Shown here one piece after another: positions 51,244 through 58,729 of a stretch of 58,729 nucleotides of DNA; position 1 is the stretch's first letter; each line of letters starts with the position of its first letter. Origin of the DNA: an uncultured Bacteroides sp. (GTDB lineage: Bacteria; Bacteroidota; Bacteroidia; Bacteroidales; Muribaculaceae); assembly GCA_964472555.1 (NCBI GenBank), contig CAYYQS010000001.1, positions 1 to 58,729 on the forward strand, in the 5' to 3' direction. The translations under genes were made by a program, and so were the position numbers. The notes beneath the pieces were generated by a model. That model was given only the letters and a program-made list of their open reading frames with translations, was not told the origin of the DNA and did not search any database.

Positions 51244-52472
51244 GATTTTTTACGGAAAAAGAGGCAGGCGTCGCCATAACTGAGGAACCGATAGTCTGAA
51301 CCGAGGGCGTGGCGGTACACTTCCCTCCATTCTTCCCCGATAAATGCTGAAACAAGGAGTAGCAGGGTAGACTGAGGCTGATGAAAGTTGGTGATCATCG
51401 CATCAACTATCCGGTAGGTATATCCCGGTGCGATGATGATACGTGTGCGGGCTTCGAAGGTGTCTTCACCTCGTTTGTCGAGATAATCTCTGAGCGCGAT
51501 AAGTGCCTCTTTTGGAGGCAATGAGGGATAAGAGTCGGTATAGGGGCTCCATTGAGGAACTTCGCCTGCCCACAATCCGGCTGAAATTAGGCACCCTGCA
51601 TGATAAAGACTCTCGAGGGTACGGACGGAAGTAGTGCCGACAGCTACAAGAGGGGCTTTTCCCAACTCTTCGGCAAGTTCGGCTATCAGATTTCTGTCCA
51701 CGGCTATCCATTCGGAGTGCATGTCATGCTCACCGATATATTCGGATTTTACCGGTCGGAATGTTCCGGCTCCTACATGTAGCGTCACTTCTCTGCGTCT
51801 CACTCCTTCGCTATCAAGTGCCTCAAGCAGTTCGGGTGTAAAATGAAGTCCGGCAGTCGGTGCAGCCACGGAGCCTTCGATATGACTGTAAACGGTCTGA
51901 TAATCGTCACTGTCGCTCGCCTCAGACTTCCGGTTGAGGTAAGGAGGTATAGGTATCTCTCCTATGGCGGAGATTATATCGGAAAAACTGATATCAGCAT
52001 TATCCCACTCGAATTCAATGGTTTGTGAGCGGTCGGGAGCTACGGGCACAGGGAGTCGACGCGCCGAGAGTAGGGTATTGCCCGACGGTGTTTTTACTTC
52101 CAATGTCAGGCCGCCGTCTTTCCACTTCTTGGAATTGCCTACCAGGCATTGCCACGAACAGCTTTTCCGCGCTGCGAAGGCCTGTTCGTAGTCTGCCGGA
52201 GAAGCGGGTTCGAGGCAGAAGATCTCGATTGCTGCGCCTGTAGTCTTTGCAAATCTTAGGCGGGCGTTTATCACCCTGGTATTGTTATATACTAAAATCG
52301 AATTCTTTGGAATTAAGGCTGTGAGGGCGCTGAAATGTGTATCGGTGATTTTACCGTCTGAACCGTAGACGAGCAGTTTACACCTGTCACGCTCTTGGAG
52401 CGGATATAGGGCTATTCTATCTTCGGGCAGAGGGTAATTGTATTCTTCTATTTTTATATCTTTGGGGTTCAT
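51240..52472 (-). CDS. queA: SAM:tRNA ribosyltransferase-isomerase
   Basis: PIPPYL, YQTVY, AAPTAGLHF, LHVGAGTF, VGTTSVR, TNFHQP, RFLSYGD. Confidence 0.96.
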   Translation of the reverse strand: MNPKDIKIEEYNYPLPEDRIALYPLQERDRCKLLVYGSDGKITDTHFSALTALIPKNSILVYNNTRVINARLRFAKTTGAAIEIFCLEPASPADYEQAFAARKSCSWQCLVGNSKKWKDGGLTLEVKTPSGNTLLSARRLPVPVAPDRSQTIEFEWDNADISFSDIISAIGEIPIPPYLNRKSEASDSDDYQTVYSHIEGSVAAPTAGLHFTPELLEALDSEGVRRREVTLHVGAGTFRPVKSEYIGEHDMHSEWIAVDRNLIAELAEELGKAPLVAVGTTSVRTLESLYHAGCLISAGLWAGEVPQWSPYTDSYPSLPPKEALIALRDYLDKRGEDTFEARTRIIIAPGYTYRIVDAMITNFHQPQSTLLLLVSAFIGEEWREVYRHALGSDYRFLSYGDACLFFRKKS

Positions 52473-52497
52473 CGAGTGCTTGTTCTTTAAAACTCTG

Positions 52498-52525
52498 CAA
52501 AAATAGCGAAAAAGTCGTACCTTTG
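52498..52525. promoter_or_regulatory. Back-to-back divergent housekeeping promoters (queA / DUF2130 gene)
   Basis: Minus TATTTTTG (52498-52505) and plus TACCTTTG (52518-52525) within a 70-bp gap. Confidence 0.6.
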
Positions 52526-52542
52526 CAAAAAGTACTGTTATT

Positions 52543-53817
52543 ATGAAAGAACTAAAATGCCCTCATTGTGGTAATGTTTTCAAAGTCGACAAGGAGGCTT
52601 TCGATACTATAGCGGCCCAGGTCAGGGATGCTGCTTTCGAGGAGGAACTCTCCCGTCGGGCTGATGAAATAAAGTCGCGGCTCAAGGCTGAAGCTGAGGC
52701 TGCCCGCCTCGGAGCGGAGCAGAAACTGCGCATTACTATTGCCGGAAAGGATGCTGAAATCGCGCGTCTCTCGGCAGTGGAACAGGCCGCTGCAGACCGT
52801 ATGAAAGCCGCCGTCCTCGAGGAACGGGCTAAAGGTGCCGATAAAATGCGTGATGCAGAAATTGAAATGGCTAAGTTGCGCAATGAGGCGGAAGCTCAAC
52901 GCCGTAAGACGGAGGCTGAAATTGCCGACCTTAAAGCTCGTCACGCTCTGGTCATAAGCGAAAAGGACCGCGAGATTGAATACCACAAGGATTTTAAGGC
53001 TCGTCTCTCAACAAAGATGCTGGGCGAGACGCTCGAAATTCATTGCAGCATTCTTTTTGCACAGGCGCAGAGCATGGGAATGTTCCCAAATGCATACTTT
53101 GCCAAAGATAATGATGCAAGCGGCGGCAGCAAAGGCGATTTTATATTCCGCGACTTTATCGACGGCCGGGAGTATATTTCGATTATGTTCGAAATGAAAA
53201 ACGAGGCGGATGCCACTGCGTCGAAGCATCGTAATGCCGACTTTTTCGACAAACTCGACCGCGACCGACGTGAGAAGGGCTGCGAATACGCTGTCCTCGT
53301 ATCTATGCTGGAGCGCGACAGTGAGTTGTACAATAATGGTATCGTAAGCGTGTCTCACCGCTACCCGAAGATGTATGTGGTTCGCCCTCATCTTTTTATG
53401 ACGCTCATCACGCTTCTCACTCAGGCTGCGAAGAAAAGTTGGGCGGAGATTTCCGAGCTGCACAAGGAACTGGAAATCGCCCGCGCACAGAGTATTGATG
53501 TGACGAATTTCGAAACACGCCGCGACAATTTCGTGGCCGACTTCTCACGCCTCATCGAGCAGCACGTGGCCAAACACGACGACGCTATCGAAAATATCGA
53601 TAAGGTAATAGCTGCCCTCGAAAAGCAGATCGAGCAGTTGCGTAAAGTGAAATCTCTATTCGATGCTTCGGAGCAGAAACTGGTACGAGCGGGAGATAAG
53701 GTTGAAAATGATTTCACTATCAAAAAATTAACCCGCGGAAATCCTACCATGAAAAAACTTTTCGAGGAGGACCGCCGCAGGCGCGAAATGGAAAGAGGTG
53801 GTGAGCTGGATAGCTGA
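52543..53817 (+). CDS. DUF2130-like coiled-coil protein with a putative nuclease core
   Basis: CPHCG knuckle, coiled coil, STKMLGETLE..KGDFIFRD..MFEMKNE..YAVLVS, TIKKLTRGNPTM. Confidence 0.82.
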   Translation: MKELKCPHCGNVFKVDKEAFDTIAAQVRDAAFEEELSRRADEIKSRLKAEAEAARLGAEQKLRITIAGKDAEIARLSAVEQAAADRMKAAVLEERAKGADKMRDAEIEMAKLRNEAEAQRRKTEAEIADLKARHALVISEKDREIEYHKDFKARLSTKMLGETLEIHCSILFAQAQSMGMFPNAYFAKDNDASGGSKGDFIFRDFIDGREYISIMFEMKNEADATASKHRNADFFDKLDRDRREKGCEYAVLVSMLERDSELYNNGIVSVSHRYPKMYVVRPHLFMTLITLLTQAAKKSWAEISELHKELEIARAQSIDVTNFETRRDNFVADFSRLIEQHVAKHDDAIENIDKVIAALEKQIEQLRKVKSLFDASEQKLVRAGDKVENDFTIKKLTRGNPTMKKLFEEDRRRREMERGGELDS

Positions 53818-54198
53818 CTACTTGGAGGGTTCGAGCCGTAGTGTGAAGCTGTAGACTCCAAGAGCCGCCCCAAGCGATACGGCTGCTACAAGCAGCTGTG
53901 CGCAAACTGTCACCCAGGAATCGGAAAGAGTAAGTCCGTTATAACTCAATTCCGAGAGTATGTGTGTAAGCCGTGGATAGGCGAGGGTAGAGAGCACTCC
54001 GGCAATAAACCCTGCCAGCATGCCTGCTACGAGGGCAAAACGGGTGCTCCGTCGGCTGCGCGCGCTTTCTTTGCGCACGAGTTCGACTCCTTCTATCCGC
54101 TGCTGGAGATCATGCATAAACCCATGATCTGAATGAAGCTCAGGGTCAAAGTCTTTGAAGAGATCCCGCAGGCTATCGTCTTTATCGTCTGATATCAT
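53818..54198 (-). CDS. Putative membrane anti-sigma factor
   Basis: Short acidic N-terminus (D.GF...L) plus two TM helices, directly downstream of the ECF sigma. Confidence 0.6.
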   Translation of the reverse strand: MISDDKDDSLRDLFKDFDPELHSDHGFMHDLQQRIEGVELVRKESARSRRSTRFALVAGMLAGFIAGVLSTLAYPRLTHILSELSYNGLTLSDSWVTVCAQLLVAAVSLGAALGVYSFTLRLEPSK

Positions 54199-54203
54199 GT
54201 CTT

Positions 54204-54686
54204 TTAGTCGTTGATAGTTAAAAATTCCTTGAGATGCTGGCGCCCGCGCGAAAGTCGCTGGCGCACTGCATCCTGACCGCTTTCGGTTATTTCGGCAATC
54301 TCTTTTACGGAATAGTTCTCGAGGTAAAACAGGAGTACTGCCATCCGCTCTTTTTCTTGAAGTTTGTCAAGAGCTATATATAGTTTCTGGTATCTGAATG
54401 CGCTGTCGGCATCATCTTCTCCGGCAATATTTCTTGTCTCTTCTATGTCTGCCATGGGGCGCACCGACCGCTTATGACTCAGAAAGGTCGTGTAGGCTAT
54501 CCTGAATATCCACGATTTGAACTTTCCTGGATCTTCAAGTGTGTCCAGATGCACGTAAGCTTTGATGAAAGCTTCCTGAGCGAGATCGTCGGCCATAAAA
54601 CTATCCCCGCAGCAGAGGGCTGTCAGAAAGCGTCTCAACGCTCTCTGACACCCGTCTACCGAAGCTGTGAACTGCTCTCGGGTCAT
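54204..54686 (-). CDS. ECF RNA polymerase sigma factor
   Basis: Region 2 ADDLAQEAFIKAY..FKSWIFRIAY; region 4 YSVKEIAEI..VRQRLSRGR. Confidence 0.93.
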   Translation of the reverse strand: MTREQFTASVDGCQRALRRFLTALCCGDSFMADDLAQEAFIKAYVHLDTLEDPGKFKSWIFRIAYTTFLSHKRSVRPMADIEETRNIAGEDDADSAFRYQKLYIALDKLQEKERMAVLLFYLENYSVKEIAEITESGQDAVRQRLSRGRQHLKEFLTIND

Positions 54687-54696
54687 GGTCCGTGGC

Positions 54697-55095
54697 TTAC
54701 TTTCCTTCTTTCCGCGAAAAAATGTAGGCCACTATATTGCTGATACCTACGGCTACGCAGATCACTGCACCCATTGTACCTATGGTGACTGTATCAGACT
54801 GCCAGGGGTCTGAATCATTGTATGCCATCACCGCTACAGTTATGGCAAGTCCTATTCCGATAAGGGAGTAGAGACATCCGCGACGAAGACTTTTCACTGT
54901 GGCGTTTTCGCTCGGCTGGCGGGAGTTGGAGAAGAGTTCGGCAATCTTGTCTTTATCCAGGCCGCTGTCCGATTCTAAGGCTTTCATCAGTATTGCAGCA
55001 CGTTTGTTATCAGCGTTAATTTTTCCCAAGGTCACTATTAGAACTATTGCTACGGGAAGTATCACGCATATTGCTATTGGTAAGAAGTCATCCAT
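54697..55095 (-). CDS. Membrane protein upstream of the ECF sigma (DUF6249-like)
   Basis: ICVILPVAIV TM, KALE, SLRRG plus two TMs. Family assignment is from recall. Confidence 0.72.
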   Translation of the reverse strand: MDDFLPIAICVILPVAIVLIVTLGKINADNKRAAILMKALESDSGLDKDKIAELFSNSRQPSENATVKSLRRGCLYSLIGIGLAITVAVMAYNDSDPWQSDTVTIGTMGAVICVAVGISNIVAYIFSRKEGK

Positions 55096-55151
55096 GATCG
55101 TTTATGTTTTACGTTTTACATTTATTCTTTTTTGAGGCGTCTCGATTATAT

Positions 55152-55178
55152 GACGCAGCAAAATTAGTGATTGTGACA
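55152..55178 (-). promoter_or_regulatory. Putative autoregulatory ECF promoter
   Basis: Minus strand TGTCACA-N16-CGTC, with TAATTTTG nested in the spacer. Confidence 0.65.
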
Positions 55179-55228
55179 CGCCCGCGAAAATTTTTTCAAT
55201 ATTTTGTCGGGCAATAGTAGTCACCCCT

Positions 55229-55260
55229 TTTGCGTTATAGAATAAAAAGGCGTACCTTTG
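55229..55260 (+). promoter_or_regulatory. Housekeeping promoter of the porQ-cmk-ispH operon
   Basis: TTTG-N20-TACCTTTG. Confidence 0.75.
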
Positions 55261-55289
55261 CACTTGTAAAGCTCCCGATATTTTTATTG

Positions 55290-56312
55290 ATGAGACTTAG
55301 ACACCGACTTGCATTATCACTGCTTATCTCTTCAGCGGCCCTGACTTCGGCGGCGCAGGAGGGCAGTACTGCATATAATTTCCTAAACGTCACTTCTTCG
55401 GCACGTATTTATGGGCTCGGAGGAGTGAACATCTCTCTTGTCGACGACGATATCAGTGTCTTCGACCAGAATCCTGCCCTCCTCGGCCCGGAAATGAGCA
55501 ATATGGCGGGAATCAACTACATGCACTATATAGGCGGCTCAAATTTTGCAGGAGCACGCTATGCCCATTCGGCAGGCGAACGCGGAGCATGGGCGGCTTC
55601 TATCCGCTACTTCGGATATGGTTCGATGAAGGAGGCTCTCCCCGACGGTACTGTGATCGGCACTTTCTCCCCCAAGGACGTTGCCTTCGGCGGTACGTTC
55701 TCGCATGATATCTCAGGCTATCTCCGGGGCGGTATCTCTCTGAATATGCTATATAGCGCCTACGCCGAATATACGGCCTTCGCTCTTGCTACCGACCTCG
55801 GTATCAATTATTATGATCCCGACCGCGACCTTTCGTTGTCGGCTACGGTCTCTAACGCAGGTGGTCAGCTCAAGCGATTCAATGAGTCTTACGACCGTCT
55901 GCCTTTCGACATCCGCCTCGGCTGGTCGCAGTCGTTCGGCTCTTTTCCTCTCCGCTTCTCCATAACGGCCTGGAATCTCACCAAATGGCATCTGCCGTTC
56001 ATCGAAACTGGCGACGGCAGCTCCGACAGCGAACCGGAAATTAAGGATACTTTCGCCTCAAATCTTTTCCGTCACCTTGTCTTCGGCGTGGACCTCATCT
56101 CGAGTCCCAACTATTATATCTCTTTAGGATACAACTACAAGACACGCACGGATATGAGCACCTACTCCCGAAGCTTTATCTCGGGATTTTCTCTCGGAGC
56201 GGGGTTGAAGGTGAAGAACTTCGCTGTCGGGTTGGCGTTCGCACAACCTCACACCGGTGCCACTACTCTTATGTTTAATCTTTCGTATAATTTCAACGAT
56301 CTTCTATACTGA
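55290..56312 (+). CDS. porQ: Type IX secretion system protein PorQ-like beta-barrel
   Basis: Signal peptide from ATG 55290; YNFLN..SAR..GLGG.NISL..NPALL; upstream of cmk as in Bacteroidetes. Confidence 0.8.
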   Translation: MRLRHRLALSLLISSAALTSAAQEGSTAYNFLNVTSSARIYGLGGVNISLVDDDISVFDQNPALLGPEMSNMAGINYMHYIGGSNFAGARYAHSAGERGAWAASIRYFGYGSMKEALPDGTVIGTFSPKDVAFGGTFSHDISGYLRGGISLNMLYSAYAEYTAFALATDLGINYYDPDRDLSLSATVSNAGGQLKRFNESYDRLPFDIRLGWSQSFGSFPLRFSITAWNLTKWHLPFIETGDGSSDSEPEIKDTFASNLFRHLVFGVDLISSPNYYISLGYNYKTRTDMSTYSRSFISGFSLGAGLKVKNFAVGLAFAQPHTGATTLMFNLSYNFNDLLY

Positions 56313-56317
56313 TTGCC

Positions 56318-57019
56318 GTGAACATTTCTTCAAAACCTATCATAATTGCTGTCGACGGCTATTCGTCATCGGGTAAAAGTACAATGGCCCGCCGACTTGC
56401 TGCTTCTATAGGCTACCGCTACATCGACTCGGGTGCTATGTACAGGGCTGTGACTCTTTATGCCCTCGACAACAATATGATCGCTCCCGACGGTACCCCC
56501 GACAAGGATGCGGTCGTAAAGGCTCTTCCTGTCATTTCCATCGATTTCGAAGTGCTCCCCGACGGTACTCAGCACACGCTGCTCAACGGCTCCGACGTGG
56601 AGGTGGAAATCCGGCGTCTCCGTGTTTCAAACGCTGTTTCTCCTATCGCGGCTATCCCGGAAGTACGCCACGCCCTGGTAGCCATGCAGCAGGCTCTCGG
56701 CAAAAACCGCGGAATCGTCATGGACGGCCGCGATATCGGCACGGTGGTGTTCCCTGATGCAGAACTGAAGATTTTTGTGGATGCTTCGGCTGAAACTCGC
56801 GCTCAGCGCCGCTTCAAGGAACTTATCGAAAAGGGATCGGTGGTAAGCTACGAGGAGGTGCTTGCCAATGTGGTGCACCGCGATCATATCGACACCACCC
56901 GCGAGGAGAGTCCTCTCCGCCGCGCCGACGATGCTATAGCACTCGATAATTCTTCTATGTCTATCGAGGAGCAGGACGCATGGCTTCTCGACCGCTTTAA
57001 CGAGGTAGTGGCACGCTGA
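56318..57019 (+). CDS. cmk: Cytidylate kinase
   Basis: DGYSSSGKST, DSGAMYR, MDGRDIGTVVFPDA. Confidence 0.96.
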   Translation: MNISSKPIIIAVDGYSSSGKSTMARRLAASIGYRYIDSGAMYRAVTLYALDNNMIAPDGTPDKDAVVKALPVISIDFEVLPDGTQHTLLNGSDVEVEIRRLRVSNAVSPIAAIPEVRHALVAMQQALGKNRGIVMDGRDIGTVVFPDAELKIFVDASAETRAQRRFKELIEKGSVVSYEEVLANVVHRDHIDTTREESPLRRADDAIALDNSSMSIEEQDAWLLDRFNEVVAR

Positions 57020-57876
57020 TGGCTGAGATTGAGATCGACAGTGAATCAGGGTTCTGCTTCGGCGTGGTCACGGCTATTCGTAAGGCTGAGGAAGAACTGA
57101 GCCGGGGTGGTCATCTCTATTGTCTCGGCGACATCGTCCACAATTCCGACGAGGTTGAGCGTCTCCGGGCCAAGGGTCTCATCACTATCACTCACGCTGA
57201 TCTCGAGGGCCTCCACGATGTGAAGGTGCTTCTGCGCGCACATGGCGAACCTCCTGAAACTTACCGTATCGCGGCACGAAACAATATCGAGATTATCGAT
57301 GCTACTTGTCCTGTGGTGCTAAAGCTGCAGCAGCGTATCAAGGCCGACCACGATTCGGCCGAAGAGTCGCAGATTGTTATCTACGGCAAGAAGGGTCATG
57401 CTGAGGTAAACGGTCTGGTAGGTCAGACTGAAGGATCGGCAATAGTAGTGGAGGATGCCTCGGAACTGGACAAGATAGATTTCTCCCGCCCGGTATCTTT
57501 CTACAGTCAGACTACGAAGTCGCTCGAGGGTTTCGGCATTCTCACGCAGGAAATCAAGCGCCGTCTCTCTCCGGGTGTTTCTTTCAAGTATTCCGATACT
57601 ATCTGTCGTCAGGTGGCAAATAGAGCGGATCATCTGCGGAGTTTTGCAGCCTCTAAGGATGTTGTCCTTTTTGTGGCTGGCTCTAAAAGCAGCAATGGCA
57701 AGATTCTTTACAATCACTGCCGCGAGGTCAATCCCCGCACCTATCTCATTGCCAACGAAACTGAAATCAATCCTTCTTGGCTCGAAGGTGCCAACACTAT
57801 AGGCATCTGCGGTGCCACTTCTACTCCGAGGTGGCTCATGGAGCAGGTGCGCGACGCAATTCTTCCTCATGGATAG
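57019..57876 (+). CDS. ispH: HMBPP reductase
   Basis: GFCFGV, IVHN, RAHG, DATCP, HAEV, TICRQ, SSN, GATSTP. Confidence 0.96.
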   Translation: MAEIEIDSESGFCFGVVTAIRKAEEELSRGGHLYCLGDIVHNSDEVERLRAKGLITITHADLEGLHDVKVLLRAHGEPPETYRIAARNNIEIIDATCPVVLKLQQRIKADHDSAEESQIVIYGKKGHAEVNGLVGQTEGSAIVVEDASELDKIDFSRPVSFYSQTTKSLEGFGILTQEIKRRLSPGVSFKYSDTICRQVANRADHLRSFAASKDVVLFVAGSKSSNGKILYNHCREVNPRTYLIANETEINPSWLEGANTIGICGATSTPRWLMEQVRDAILPHG

Positions 57877-58366
57877 TTTTATCGCTGTAGATGTGGAAAC
57901 GGCTAATGCCGAGCGCTCGAGCATCTGTGCTATAGGTGCTGTTAAGGTTTGCAACGGTGTTATTGTCGACCGTCGCTATTCTCTTGTTCGTCCGGAGCCT
58001 GATTACTATGCTTATTTCTGCACGCAGGTTCACGGCCTTAGCGATGATGATACTTACAATGCTCCTTCTTTTGGCACTGTATGGTCGTCTTGGGCCGACT
58101 GGCTCGAAGGCTTCCGGCTCGTAGCCCATAATGCGGCTTTCGATGCCTCATGTATCCGGGCAGCTTGCCGGGTATACCGTCTGGAGCCTCCCGAACTTCC
58201 TTTCTTATGTACTCTGCAGGCTGCACGCCGGTCTATTCCCCGTGCTGTCTGTCCTTCTAAATCTCTTGATTCACTATGCCGGTTCTTCGGAATAAATCTA
58301 AAAAATCACCACAACGCACTCGACGACGCGGAGGCGTGCGCAAATCTCGCCATGGTTCTGCTCTGA
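57869..58366 (+). CDS. DEDDh 3'-5' exonuclease (DnaQ-like)
   Basis: DVET, HNAAFD, HHNALDDA; start ATG 57869. Confidence 0.9.
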   Translation: MDSFIAVDVETANAERSSICAIGAVKVCNGVIVDRRYSLVRPEPDYYAYFCTQVHGLSDDDTYNAPSFGTVWSSWADWLEGFRLVAHNAAFDASCIRAACRVYRLEPPELPFLCTLQAARRSIPRAVCPSKSLDSLCRFFGINLKNHHNALDDAEACANLAMVLL

Positions 58367-58674
58367 AAGCTAATCTTCTGCGTCTGCTGTTGTATGTGGC
58401 GCTGGGGGCTGTGCTGCTGTGGTTTTTCATGCCTTCTTCTGAGCCGCAGTCCGACAGTTCGCCCGAGGAAATAGCTGCAGCAATGGCGGAAGCGCAGGCT
58501 GATGTTGACAAGGCTATGGCTCTCCCCGACGATTTCAGCCGCGAGGGGGCGATTCTCGATATCAGGCATCGCGAGTCACGTCTGCGGAAAGCAGGATTCT
58601 CGGTGGCTGCCGATTCTTTCGCAGCGGCAGCAAAAAGACGCCTTGAATATCACGGCGTCTCTTTCAATGAATGA
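58363..58674 (+). CDS. Small membrane-anchored hypothetical protein (start uncertain)
   Basis: KANLLRLLLYVALGAVLLWFF TM followed by a helical segment. In-frame CTG overlaps the upstream TGA. Confidence 0.55.
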   Translation: MKANLLRLLLYVALGAVLLWFFMPSSEPQSDSSPEEIAAAMAEAQADVDKAMALPDDFSREGAILDIRHRESRLRKAGFSVAADSFAAAAKRRLEYHGVSFNE

Positions 58675-58729
58675 TATTTAGAGCTTGTCCCATAATATAT
58701 GTTAACGCTGAGGTCGCATATCTCGGAGG

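Noticed and set aside
55290-56312. A complete type IX secretion locus
   Set aside because: Only porQ is present, and it alone does not show a functional T9SS

Overview
A gene-dense chromosomal segment from a Bacteroidales bacterium, probably Muribaculaceae-like. This is inferred from the protein families, the porQ-cmk-ispH and parC-DUF3316-S41 synteny, and TAnnTTTG promoters. It holds about 47 CDS, mostly housekeeping: clpC (5'-truncated), fabG, parC, cls, rimO, ftsY, tamB, malQ, ispG, purE, rpoN, trpS, ligA, ruvC, queA, porQ, cmk and ispH. It also carries an aspT-aspD aspartate decarboxylation module, several envelope lipoprotein/beta-barrel pairs and a three-gene ECF sigma cassette. I saw no rRNA, tRNA, CRISPR array or intact transposase. 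The best candidate for an undescribed system is a 1377-aa protein (45998-50131, minus strand) in the queA...ruvC-ligA-trpS gene run. It fuses several S1/OB-like domains and a helical region to a Schlafen/AlbA_2 RNase-like core and a distinct C-terminal domain. Other notable signals are an atypical CCA-adding/HD enzyme coupled to clpC, an ECF-type promoter (TGTCACA-N16-CGTC) with a housekeeping -7 box nested inside it, and a shared GAACA-N15-YGTTAA motif upstream of aspT and an orphan lipoprotein. All family and DUF names come from motif recognition and recall, not database searches.
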